From positions 53,075 through 73,074 of the forward strand of contig JYFJ02001692.1 in assembly GCA_000934665.2 (NCBI GenBank): 20,000 nt of DNA, given 5' to 3'. Both the position numbers and the translations under genes were made by a program. The notes under the pieces are model-generated. The model made no database searches, was not told the origin of the DNA, and worked only from the letters and a program-made list of their open reading frames with translations. This document shows, in pieces, positions 1 through 10,767 of the stretch. Source of the stretch: Catajapyx aquilonaris. Lineage: Eukaryota. The stretch's first letter is position 1. Every line of letters begins with the position of its first letter.

Positions 1-1089
1 TTGTAACCTTCCCCTGGTGCCTTCGTATGGCATTTAGGAAAAGTTAAATCACAGATAACATCTGAAGGTTTTAAAAATAGACCAATTACATGCAAGGAGG
101 GTGATATTAATCAGTATTTAAGTCTGTTGCCTTTCACTTTAGGGATTTAAAGATTTCTTAAGGGCCCTGAAGTGTGGGAACCAGATAATAAGCTAGCATA
201 TAGGCGAATAAAAAGAACTTTTTTTCCCCCCCTTTTTTCTCTAATAAAATGCTTTTGTTTGCACTGGTAGGTAGGTTAGTGACTTTTTGTTATGTGTTTG
301 TGTAATTTTAACTGACAAGATTTTGGTGGTGGTGGTGGTGGTTCAGGTGATGATCACCGTTTTTAGGTGATCACTTTATTGTACTAGTGAATCTAATAAA
401 GAGGTTCCATATTCAGAGATTTTGTGTACCATTATTATACGAAGACCTTAGGGGAAGAACAGTACACATATACACATCGTAGACAATATTATAGGTTTTT
501 ATTCTGATAATCCTGTTATGTGGTTCAGTCCATACCACTTACAAACATTATTGCCTAATGTGTGAATTTCCCTTGGGCATGTGGCCCATTGATTGTGGAG
601 GAACCGTAATATTGACGAACAGTCAACACATCAGTTACAACACATCAGTAGACAACATAATTTTTCAACACCTCCATTGCATACATTTCCATTATTACAT
701 GGCTCAATGGCCTGATCAAACCATAGCCATAAAGGTCATGATCACTACTTATTTACATGACACAGTCATGCCTTCAAGCAGTTTACAGGTGTCTGCTGGG
801 CAAGTTTGGCCAAGTCAATTTGTAAGTCGCAAAATGCAGTAAATTGTGTCCGGTTCATTGTTCTGAAGATCACAATCGACTAGTCGGAGTTAACCTTCAG
901 AGAAGAACATTCGTAACAAAACATGCCATATTTCACACCCGGTTTTTATAAAGTTGTCATTAAAGACACGCCTGATGAATCTGTTTCTTAGAAATCCGTT
1001 ATTTACTATTAGCCAGCCTACACATCCTATTAATTACTATGTTGTACCACATTAATGGAAATAAAACTACTACTACTACATTCTATTAA

Positions 1090-1630
1090 CCCTTACCTAC
1101 GTAGGTGGCCGAAACACCTTTAACTACGTAGGTGGAGCCTGAGCTGCAATGGTACATTTAAATCTCTGCTTATCAGCTATATTGTTATATTGGACTTTTC
1201 ACATACAGGAAGTCCAGTTCAGATAATTAGGCTTCCGAAAACATAAAAATCACATGCTGAGTCAGAATATTCCGACAGAAAAAAATTCGTAACGGGGAAC
1301 AGGTCCCACCTTGGAGCCGCTCAGGCTCCACCTACGTAGTAAAGGGTGCTGTCGTTTCCCCTATCTCTGCGGAGAGCGTCTGAATAGGGAAAACGACAGC
1401 ACCCTTTACTACGTAGGTGGAGCCTGAGTGGCTTCAAGGTGGGAGCTGTTCCTCGTTACGAATTTTTTTCAGCCAAAGAATGGTGACTAAAATTTTTTCT
1501 TCTTTTCATGCTTAGGAAGGTTTTTGTGACAAAGTCAAGGAAGGACAGGGGGGGAAAATATTTAATTAAGAAGTTACATGCGTTTAAATAGTGGTTGGAG
1601 CCTCTCAGGCTCCACCTACTTAGTTAAGGG
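1090..1630. mobile_element. piggyBac-type non-autonomous element (MITE), copy 1
   Basis: TTAA at 1086-1089 and 1631-1634. Termini CCCTTA..TACGTAGGTGG / CCACCTAC.TAGTTAAGGG are inverted repeats. No ORF. Long internal palindrome at 1279-1469. Confidence 0.88.
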
Positions 1631-1637
1631 TTAATTA

Positions 1638-1760
1638 CAGTTGACTCCGGATATAACAGCCTCTGTTATAATGGACTTAGGTTATGACAGACTCGAAAGG
1701 CCTGTCCGCCACCCTACTTCCATAAGGCTCTGTGTATTTTTACTCCTGATATAACTGATG
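1638..1760. mobile_element. Tigger/pogo-like MITE end fragment
   Basis: TA + CAGTTGACTCCGGATATAACAGC matches the reverse complement of the right end of the complete MITE at 16164-16342. The other end was not found. Confidence 0.6.
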
Positions 1761-1779
1761 GCTGACCTGGTAGACTTAA

Positions 1780-2250
1780 CCCTTAACTACGTAGGTGGGC
1801 GAAACACCTTTAACTACGTAGGTGGAGCCTGAGAGGCTCCAACGGTTTATTTAAATTGATGCTTATCAACTAAATTGTTATATTGGACTTTTCACATACA
1901 GAAAGTGCAGTTCAGATCATTAGGCTTCCGAAAACGTAAAAATCACACGCTGAGTCAGCATATTCCGACTGGGAAAATTTTTTAATTAAAAGGTTACATC
2001 AACAACTTTGAGCCACTCTGGCTTCACCTGCATAGGGATAGCCTGAGTGGTTAGAGGGACCTGTTCCTCGTTACGAATTTTTCTTAAACCAAAGAATAGG
2101 GACTAAAAAATTTTTTCTTTCCTTTTCATGCTTAGGAAGGTTTTTCTGACAAAGTCACGGAAGGAGAGTGGAAAATAAAATTCAATGAAAAAGTTACATG
2201 CGTTTAAATAGTGCTTGGAGCCTCTCAGGCTCCACCTACGTAGTTAAGGG
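1780..2250. mobile_element. piggyBac-type MITE, copy 2 (same family as 1090-1630)
   Basis: TTAA at 1776-1779 and 2251-2254. TIR CCCTTAACTACGTAGGTGG / CCACCTACGTAGTTAAGGG. Colinear with copy 1 except in the centre. Confidence 0.9.
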
Positions 2251-3572
2251 TTAATATCTAGACCTTGAGTATAATGGCCAGGTGTCAAGATAGTGATAGC
2301 CATGGCAGAAAAACAATAAAGTAGGGACCCCATCGCGCCATCGGTATTAGGAAGGCAGGCCTAACTGATGTGAGATAAAGCCACTCAAAAGCCTGTTGTC
2401 AGGAAATTTGAGTGATCATTATTTTTATTTTGCAAGTATTCGTCACATACAAGAATAGGCTTTGGCCGTTACACACAATAAACACATGACTCATGTAAAC
2501 AAGTTTCCAGGAGTCATGATTGGTCCACGGCGTCAACGCGACCAAAGACCAAAACCGTCGAGGCCTGTGTGAATGGGCGGCACGCCTTAAGGGTAGGCCT
2601 ACCTCTTATAAAAATTCAAATGTTCAAAAGTGGACCATTACTGTGCCCATGTCTCCCCTACCCAAGGCATTGAAAGGGACGCAACATTGCACCTGCTCTT
2701 TTCTGACCTCAACAACAAATACGTGACAACAGTGACCGCAGAAATCAGCAGAACGAGTAATTTGAGCTTCAGGTCTGCTACCATACTCGGCTCACATACA
2801 GTACTGTATATATAACCGCTATTCATCTTGTTAGCCACAATGCTTTTTCCGGCCCATTTGTTCCAATATGGCAGCATCCAGGCATCCAGGGGCGTGTTCC
2901 ATCCGGTTCCATCCGTAGGTTCCATCTTCTGGATGAAGCTCTGGACCGGTGAGATAGGCTGGTTGTGCCTGCCTGATGGGTGCCTGATCGCCGCGGCGAT
3001 GCTGGCCCATCGACGTGCTGGCCAGTGCTCTGGCCAGGCGGTTGTGATACGACGACAAATCTGGTGGATCTGACATGTGTCATGGTTAGGTTACAGACCA
3101 CTGTTTATAACATGGTTTGTAGTTAGTAGTAGAGATTCGTGTCGTGTTCCACCTGAAGATAGGACTGAAGTGTATGAGTGCAGTTGGTAGAATGTGACAC
3201 TGCCTGAAGGTAAATTCTGCGTTTACTTGCTAGGCCATGAGCCAGGCCCTCAAATTTAGGTGATGGTACCACTTGGTGGGACTGGTTCTAATATGATTTT
3301 TTAGCAAGGTATGGATGCCTAGAGATGGAAAGTAGGTGATAGCAAGTCATAACTCTTACCCTTCTGTCTGAAATTATTGGATTAATAACCATAGCCGAAA
3401 AAATCTTGGTTTTCATATTTTTCGCAAATATCGCACAAATTCATCATAATATTTGGACAAATAAATCTCATTATACTTGACTAAGTTAATTCAATGTCTG
3501 TTTAAACTAATTTAATTATTACATTTAAATATAATACTACACCCTGTGATATTGGGCCTTTTAGGGGATCAT

Positions 3573-4054
3573 AATTCATACCCCGTTATCAGCCGCTCTT
3601 TAGGGGGGAGTTCATCCCAATTTTGTTTTGACTGGAACTCTTTGCTTTCATTTACTATGCTTTTTGAGATAGGATAGGGACGGAAGGAAGTGGCTGTGGC
3701 CTATTATCTGCACTGTAAACCGCAAAACATTAAAAGAGCATCACTGGTGAGTCTCTCATGGAACATCAATTTTTAATGCTCTTGTGATGCTCCAGTGATG
3801 CTTTTTTGTTGCTAAAAAGCATCATAAGAGCATTAGAAGAGCATTAAAAATTGATGTTCCATGAGAGACTCACCAGTGATGCTCTTTTAATGCTTTGCGG
3901 TTTACAGTGTAGGAAGCAATCCCGGAATTCTCCTGGGGGACCGTGGGAAACCACAGAAAACCACGGTTAGGATTTCCGGCCCCGGGACTCGAACCCAGGA
4001 CCTCCCGATTAGCAGTCGAACACCTTATCCACTCCACCAAACTGCTTCGGGCTA
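3573..4054 (-). mobile_element. tRNA-derived SINE, family A (tRNA-Ser(GCT)-like head), interrupted by a MITE
   Basis: Minus strand reads TGGTGGAGTGGATAAGG..GACTGCTAATC..GGTTCGAGTCCC (A box, Ser-GCT-like anticodon arm, B box). 16-bp TSD CCTWTTAGGGGATCAT at 3557-3572 and 4055-4070. Homologous to 7921-8139 and 10768-11032. Confidence 0.88.
3711..3909. mobile_element. Palindromic CACTG-ended MITE (CMC/EnSpm-like)
   Basis: Termini CACTGTAAACCGCAAA...TTTGCGGTTTACAGTG. Almost the whole 199 bp is a foldback. 2-bp flanks TG/TA. Absent from the other family A SINE copies. Confidence 0.85.
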
Positions 4055-4104
4055 CCTATTAGGGGATCATCTTATATTTAATCAACTTTAATCATTTTCC
4101 TGTG

Positions 4105-4252
4105 CTGTGATGGATTTTTGATTGTGGAAGGAAACAGGAGAGCCCCGAGAAAACCCACACGAACACGGAGAGAACCCATTGGCACTCTATCCACATAAGT
4201 ATCCTTCTGTCCGACCCGGGGATCGAACTTGGTGCCTCAGAGGTGGAAGACA
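4105..4252 (-). mobile_element. tRNA-SINE fragment with V-domain-like core
   Basis: TGTGGAAGGAAACAGGAGAGCCCCGAGAAAACCCACACGAACACGGAGAGAAC resembles the reverse complement of the V-SINE core (recalled). It is followed by GGGGATCGAAC, a reverse B box. Confidence 0.55.
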
Positions 4253-5021
4253 TGCTTTAGCAACATATTTGCAGAAAAACGTCACCCCTGCTGAAGAAGT
4301 ACCTGTAAATTGAGCCACGGTGATTGATGGTATGGTCCTTGTTCAGAGAGTAACAGGAGAAGAGTCAAACTTTGGTGAAGTGGCTATGTCTGTCTTGTCC
4401 ATGGCTTTGCAGGAAGGAAGTAGGAGTCAAAGAATAGATGTGGTGTTTGACACATACAATGAGATATCTATAAAGAACAGCGAAAGGATAAGCAGAGGGG
4501 AAGAACTTGTTACAGAGCATTTCATCTCCCCAGATTGTCAGAGAAGCTACGTAAGGAATAAAACAGCTCTCATCGCCTTTCTTGTTAACGAATGGATGAA
4601 ACCAGAGTATTTTGTAAAACTGAAGAATAAAACACTGTTCACAAACTGTGAAAATAAATGCTACATAATCACATCTGAAGGAAGCCACGAAGTGCCCGGT
4701 CTTAACAGTACACACGAAGAAGCTGATGGTTGTTTGTTGCTGCATGCTGCTCACGCTGCTAATGATGGTTATGAGGCAGTCATGATAAGCTCAGATGACA
4801 CCGATGTGTTTATTATGTGTTTGGGGTTCCACGACAGAATCATCGTAAAATTGTTTCTGAAATGTGGTACTAAAATACGGATGAGAGTTCTTGACATTGG
4901 GAAAATAGCCTAAACTAATGGTGAAAATGTTTGTCGAGTTGTGATAGGTCTCCATACGTTTACCGGATGTGACACAGTAAGCGCATTTGCGGGAAGAGGA
5001 AAAGTATTCAAAATCCTGACT
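4253..5021 (+). mobile_element. AcademX-like DNA transposon relic, XPG/FEN1-like nuclease domain (5' part, degenerate)
   Basis: Motifs VIDGM, RIDVVFDTY..SIK..ER..RG, HEEAD..LLLHA, SDDTDV, LHTFTGCDTVSAFAGRGK. In-frame stops at 4311-4313 and 4911-4913. Confidence 0.78.
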
Positions 5022-6210
5022 ATTTGGAATTTATTGGACCGACCAAGCCATTAAGGCCCAACAGCCCATTCACTCAACATTTACAACAAAATTAATACAG
5101 AACAAAACATCAACTTGGCATGCCAGAAGCATCTGCCGCATGGCCGCCTCCACGTTTGGCTGCCACCAATCATCCAGACCACACCAGTCATCAGTCCGTC
5201 ATAAGCTCAGATCACCAATCAACAGTCCATCATATAGTTCAGACCACCAGTCATCAGTCCATCATAGTTAAAACCACCAGTCATCAGTCCATTATAATTC
5301 AACCATCTAAGCATTTAGGAATGATAATACCTTGTCTGCCGTTAGGCAAAAGGTATTGAACTCCGTAAAAAGACAGGTGACGAAGGCCGTCCTTGGGCAC
5401 GGCCAACCCAGACCTCGTGACACGGCCGCACAAAGTAGGGGACCCCTGGCAGCCAGCACCTCCTGGATAGTGCAATGCCATAACACATGAGCAGCATCCT
5501 GACGACCTCCGTTGCACGGGCATAGGGCGTCCTCCTCCGTCCTCCCTTTCAGCCTAAACCGAGCGAGGTAAGCCAGGAAAGGGCCATGACCGGATATCAT
5601 CCTACCCACATGTCCATGGAGGGCGACTAGATATACTGAAGTGGACGGAGTTTCCCAAGGGGGTGGACCTGTTCATCTTCACGGACGGGTCGGTCACGAG
5701 GGGCTACAAAGCTGGGGGGGCAATGGTATGCATCAATGGGAGAGGGGAAGAGCTGTTCGTTAGACGTGTCCCGTTCCTAGTGACGGCGGGTATATACGAG
5801 GTGGAGTTGGACATGTTGGAGAGGGCCATTGAGACGCTGGCGGAGATGCAACTTCCGGGAGGCAGCGTGACGTGGATTGTGTCCGACTCTCTGTCGGCCC
5901 TGCAGACTTTAGCAGACCCCAGACTCTCATCAATGGTGGCGGCCAGGACGAGGGAGGTACTGCGTTCCATTTCGGCGGAGGTGACGCTATGTTGGGTCAA
6001 GGGGCATGATGGAGTCCTAGGAAACGAGTGAGCGGACACCGAAGCGCGCCGAGCGGCGGATCTGGTGGTGGGGCGGGCTTTCCTGCCAGAGACCGGAGCA
6101 GCGGTAAGGAGGAGGTGTTGGCGCCGATCCCTGACGGACTGGCAGACGAGGTGGGCGGCGGACAGAGGGGATTGGTGCCATGCCTTTCTTCCAGAGGTGG
6201 AGTATAACCG
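5022..6210 (-). mobile_element. 5'-truncated, 5'-inverted non-LTR retrotransposon (RNase H-bearing, R1/I-group-like)
   Basis: 14-bp TSD TCAAAATCCTGACT at 5008-5021 and 6211-6224. Minus-strand 3' part (about 5630 to 5022) encodes ISGHGPF..YL..F...CPC......HVLWHC, then a 3'UTR with AATAAA. Plus-strand part (about 5631-6210) encodes RNase H (FTDGS, E, SDSLSAL, WVKGH..GNE*AD) and WQTRW...FLPEV. Confidence 0.88.
5170..5302. repeat. About 30-bp imperfect tandem repeat (4-5 units) in the LINE 3'UTR
   Basis: Units like CAGACCACCAGTCATCAGTCCATCATAGTT. Confidence 0.8.
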
Positions 6211-6610
6211 TCAAAATCCTGACTGTCAACAGACATACACAGGAAACTTTTTCGCAGCTCAGAGATGAATGGGATCTCTCTGAAGAACTAATGGACAAAT
6301 TGGAGCAATTCACGTGCTCACTGTATGCACCAATATCTTTGGTCCATCACATGAATGACTTGAGATATCACCTATTCTGCACAAAGAAGGGTGAGATAGA
6401 CAGTCATCAACTGCCACCTTGCATGGACTGTTTGAAGAAACATGCCAAACATGGGGACTATAAAGCCGCTGTAAGCAAGAGATGTCTTCTGAATGATCCA
6501 CAGACACCTAGTGCAATTGGGAGAGGGTGGAAGGTGGAAAAACATGATGATGGATCAGATCAACTGGTAGTAGACTGGATGGAGGGGCACCTCAGGCTAT
6601 TAAGGAATTC
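6211..6610 (+). mobile_element. AcademX-like relic, 3' continuation
   Basis: Frame resumes across the TSD (KILT|VNRHTQETF..LEQFTCSLY..NDLRYHLF..LPPC..L..H..GRGWK..DWMEG). Truncated before the expected Cys-rich tail. Confidence 0.78.
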
Positions 6611-6977
6611 GGATGCCCAAGCCTATAGGGCCCATGCAGCCCCTCTGTTTCAATTTATTAAAAACAGAGATGAAATAATACAATTTCAGTGAAACGCCAT
6701 CAGGTCACCACTGCAGTTTCACCTTTGCAGTTTCTAGCCCCCTTTGACTGCATGTTACTCTTCTTGTTCCGTTTCGGTCGCCACGTTGACCCCTCAATCA
6801 CGTCTGCTCAAGAGACATCGGGGATTGATTATTTCCGTTGTCGCCAATCTGTTCCGGGGTTCAGCAGCGACAGCACCCCATCTGCCACTAGGCAGAACCT
6901 ATTAAATTCAGCCATCAGGTCCATCCTGCAACACCATGGCTACCTTGGGGGCAGAGTGTCATGTGCTTTATAAAGGA

Positions 6978-7180
6978 CTAGCAGGATACCTGTTCTTCGC
7001 ACGGGATCTGATGAATGAATTGAATGAATGGTCAGAGCTGGTAAAACCAGCATATTCAGTGAGCTAACTTTGTGCTCACTGGAGCGATAGCTTTGAACAT
7101 GCTTCACATAAGCAAGACTTGCTGTGGCCTGAATAAGTGTGTGCACCAGCCAGTAATTTATGAAATTACCCAATGTATTC
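6978..7180 (-). mobile_element. Non-autonomous Helitron, family 2, 3' part
   Basis: Minus strand ends with a CCCGTGCGAAGAACAGG hairpin then CTAG|T. Homologous to 10408-10531 plus 11782-11859. Confidence 0.75.
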
Positions 7181-7465
7181 AACACAACTGACATTTTGTT
7201 GTACCTGCTACATCAAAGTTCTGGATGTAATGAAGGTAGAATCGCATCGTACCCAATTTTGAATTGTGATCAAAAAGTAGCCAAATATTTATCTATATCT
7301 ATGATTGAATTTGTTTGCGGATTTGTTTGTGGCTTCACTATAGAAATCCAGGGGAATGCCCCTGCACCGCCTTAAGCTAGCTCATCGGGGGTTACTTTTT
7401 TCAAGGAATTTAATGGCACATGTTTCAGCTGCTGAAAATGAGCCTAACTCCGCATATTCCCGATT

Positions 7466-7471
7466 CCTCTC

Positions 7472-7518
<47 letters not shown>
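7466..7518. repeat. (CT)n microsatellite inside a Helitron
   Basis: Near-pure CT tract. Absent at the equivalent position of the other copy (about 9350-9365). Confidence 0.95.
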
Positions 7519-7520
<2 letters not shown>

Positions 7521-7920
7521 AACCCTCAACAATGTCCAAATGAACAATATTAACATATCAACATCAATAACAATAACCAACCATTACTATTTTTCAAATT
7601 TACCAATCCCATGGAGATGACCTTGTGCATAAATACCTAGCATATTAAATCAGGGGTTTGGCAGCATTGCATCTATATATCTTGGGCGTCTCTTTTTTAC
7701 ACGTCCCCGTAAAGTCAACGCATCCGCCAATTATGCTAATTGGCCACCTCACATGAGTTCGTATCCTATGGTCATTCCGGGATTTTGTGAGATTTGAAAG
7801 TAGACTTCCAGACACAAATAAATACAAAAAAAAACGCTGATTACAAAAATTACTCAGTGTTGAAAACAAAATTTCCCACCAGGCATCTGTACGTACATTT
7901 CTAAAGTTCTTCAGGGCGAA

Positions 7921-8139
7921 TCCCGGTGCCGGCAACTCTAACCGTGGTTTTCTGTGGTTTCCCACGGTTCTTCCAGGAGAATTCCGGAGTTGTTTCCTAA
8001 ACTAATAGGCCACAGCCGCCTCCTTCCTTTCCTATCCTATCCCGAAAAGCGCAGTAAAAACGAAACGAAGAGTTCCAGTCAAAAAAAAAAAAAATCCCCC
8101 CTAAAGAGCCGCCGGCTGATAACGGGGTATTATAATTAT
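7921..8139 (+). mobile_element. 5'-truncated SINE, family A
   Basis: Same body and 3' end as 3573-4054. TSD AAGTTCTTCA(G/T)GGC(G/A)AA at 7904-7920 and 8140-8156. The empty site is visible in the other Helitron copy near 8725-8745. Confidence 0.88.
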
Positions 8140-8470
8140 AAGTTCTTCATGGCAAACATAATTATGGAACGAGGTGGGGGTGTGAGGTGGGGTTAGTTGG
8201 GGGGTCAAGGGGTCAAAAGTGCAGGGGAAAAAAAACATGGCAGTGCAGTCTTTTCCTGGGCCAACTCTATCTGCATTCCTCTTTTTACACGTCCAACCAG
8301 CATATCTGTGTCGACTACGCTATAACCAAAGCAGGGAATCTATCACAGATAGTGACAAACTTTGGCTTATTGTAACTTACATGTATAAGGCCTATTTTAA
8401 GGCATCTTGAGTTTCGAGTGTATGGAACGCAAATTTTACAAACAAACTTCCTAAATTATATATAATATAA

Positions 8471-9537
8471 CTAGCAGGTTACCCGGCGTTGCCCGGGTAT
8501 GTTGGGGTGCTGGTAAAGATAGGGGTACACATCTGTGATAGATTACCTGCTTGTCTTATAGCGTACAGTCGACACGGATATTCTGATAGGATGTGTAAAA
8601 GGAGGAATGCGGATGGAGTAGGCCCAGGAAAAGACTGCACAGCCATGTGTTTTTTCCCCTGCATTTTTGACCACTTGACCCCCCCCCCCCCAACCCCACT
8701 TCACACCCCCACCTCGTTCCATATGTTTGCTCTGAAGAACTTTAGAAATGTACGTACAGATGTATGATGGGAAATTTGGTTTTCAACACGGAGTAATATT
8801 TAGCAAAATAATACTGTATTACTTAATTGTATTCACTTTGTCTGGAAGTCTATTTTCAAATCCCACAAAATCCCGGAATTACCATAAGATACGAAGTCAC
8901 GTGAGGTGGCCAATGTACGTAATTGGTGGATGCGCTGAATTTACGGAGATGGTTTAATTTGCTAGGTATTGTGGCGTAAGGGCATTTCCTAGGGGAGACA
9001 AAGTGGCGCTGCGGAAACGTATGCTCCCACGGATGTTAAGGTCCCGGGTTCGATCCCAGCCCGGGGTTCCCTCCTTCATCCCGTGCAGAGTTGGGTCGTC
9101 TCTGGCTTCGTTTCGGGTGGAATCTCCTCATGAGTTCACAAATTATACCGTTTGAGAATTGCACTTGCACCTTGCACATCACCTCCCAGTCACCCTGCCC
9201 GTGGGCCCGGGTGCTACGTCAAAAAGGTTCCATCAAGACGAAATAAAGGTTCCCTCCCTGCGGTACGATGCGGGGAGGTAAATAGCTAAAAAAGATAGGC
9301 ATTTCCATGGGAATGCAAATTGATTTATTGTTATTGTTGTAAGTGAATTGTTGAGGCAGGAATATGCGTGTTGTGGGAGTTAGGTACATTTTCGGAAGCT
9401 GAAACATGCGGCGTTAGATTCCTTGGAAAAAGTAACCCCCGATATGCTAATTTAAGGCGGTGTAGGGGCCTTCCCCTGGATTTCTATAAGGGACAAACAT
9501 CCAAACTGACAAACTTCCTTATTTATAGATATAGAGA
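8471..9537 (-). mobile_element. Non-autonomous Helitron, family 1
   Basis: Minus strand runs A|TCTCTATATC start ... CCCGGGCAACGCCGGG hairpin, CTAG|T end. No TSD. Confidence 0.85.
8991..9297 (+). mobile_element. tRNA-derived SINE, family B, copy 1
   Basis: GGGGAGAC start, TGGCGCTGCGG A-box-like, GGTTCGATCCC B box. TSD GGCATTTCC at 8981-8989 and 9298-9306. Confidence 0.85.
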
Positions 9538-9541
9538 TATA

Positions 9542-9847
9542 CTAGCAGGTTACCCGGTGTTGCCCGGGTATGTTATGGTGGTAGGCTTACAATGTAATGA
9601 GGGCATTACCATGGAAATCTATGAATATTGTTAAATAGGTAATTGATAATTGGTTAATTGGGAATATGCGTGTTATGGGTGTTAGGTTCATTTTCGGAAG
9701 CTGAAACATGCGGCATTAAATTCCTTGAAAAATGTAACTCCCGATATGCTAATTCAAGGCGGTGTAGGGGCCTTCCCCCGGATTTCTATAAGGGACAAAC
9801 ATCCAAACATCCAAACTGACAAACTTCCTTATTTATAGAGATAGAGA
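9542..9847 (-). mobile_element. Short (about 300 bp) Helitron family 1 deletion derivative, in tandem with 8471-9537
   Basis: Same TC start, hairpin and CTAG end. Interior largely deleted. Confidence 0.85.
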
Positions 9848-10187
9848 TAATATAATAATCCGGGGTAGTGCTGACCTCATCAGAGGTATGTAGCACGGAC
9901 CTTTATTTATTTTTGTCGTGTACATTGGAGCCTTTATACGTAACGCCCGGGCCCACGGGCAGGATGACAGGAGGGGATGTGCAAGGTGCAGTGCAATGTC
10001 TTTATGTGGCCATTTTTAGTGAACTCCCCCGGGTGGTTTAGTCTGTAGGAAATACCACCCGAGACGAAGCCAGAGGTGACCCAATGAACTCTGCACGAGA
10101 TGAAGGGGGTGTCCCCGGGTTGGGATCGAACCCGGGACCTTAACATCCGTGGGCGCGTACGTTACCGCAGCGCCACTTCGCCTCCCT
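9848..10187 (-). mobile_element. tRNA-derived SINE, family B, copy 2
   Basis: Reverse B box GGGATCGAACC at about 10122-10132. TSD AACTTCCTAAATTATA at 8445-8460 and 10188-10203, pushed apart by two Helitrons inserted in the tail. Confidence 0.85.
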
Positions 10188-10767
10188 AACTTCCTAAATT
10201 ATACGTACCCATATACCTTTATCAGCACCCCAACATACCCGGGCAACGCCGGGTAACCTGCTAGTAATATATCATTGCTGGGAAGGGAGAACCAACATGG
10301 TACCCAGAGCAAGAGCACATCACAACTTGACAAATACCAACAGGCGACAACTCCAAAGCAGGACATCTGCGCCTAACTCATCTGATGCACATTTCTTTCC
10401 ATGCAGGCATTGGGTAATTTTATAAACTACTGGCTGGTGCACACACTTATTCAGGCCACAGCAAGTCTTGCTCATGTGACGCATGTTCAAAGCCATCACT
10501 TTAGTGAGCACAGAGTTAGCTCCCTGAATATGAAGCATGGATATGCAAAAGGGCCCAAGTGCCGATTTATGCGAAAATGAGTTGAGATAATTATACAAAT
10601 TGTAGGTAAGCCATACATGCATCACATGGTGTGGAAGATGAAACCAAATTCATGCAGTATCATGTAAGAAATGGTAGTAGAAATATCGAGGGAAATGCAT
10701 AAGGGCCCATATGCAGGAATTGGGCCATCTCTGAAGACCCTTGACACAGCATGTGAGGATGCTGAAG

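Larger units (their letters stand above)
7292..10264 (+). mobile_element. Non-autonomous Helitron, family 1, interrupted by nested insertions
   Basis: A|TC start at 7292. 3' hairpin CCCGGGCAACGCCGGG and CTAG|T at 10261-10264. Own sequence is about 7292-7920, 8157-8460 and 10204-10264. Reverse-complement homology to 8471-9537. Confidence 0.78.

Noticed and set aside
558..842. 94-aa ORF
   Set aside because: No recognisable motif or exon context, so likely a chance ORF.
2520..3101. GC-richer patch with overlapping ORFs and a CAGAAGATGGAACC segment reminiscent of Penelope hammerhead ends
   Set aside because: No protein family recognised, and the hammerhead core (CUGANGA...GAAA) is not intact. 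Probably an old TE fragment that I cannot assign.
3985..4050. tRNA-like sequences (also near 8992, 10768, 13470, 15460-15537)
   Set aside because: They lack full cloverleafs and continue into repeat bodies, mostly with TSDs, so they are SINE heads rather than tRNA genes.
5170..5302. About 30-bp periodic repeat as a CRISPR-like array
   Set aside because: No unique spacers. It is a tandem repeat in a eukaryotic LINE UTR.
5663..6031. Host RNase H1 gene
   Set aside because: Intronless, has a stop in the GNE.AD motif, and lies inside a TSD-bounded LINE insertion.
9870..9890. CTGATGAG on the minus strand as a hammerhead core
   Set aside because: No downstream GAAA or stem II. It is the loop of the SINE tail hairpin.
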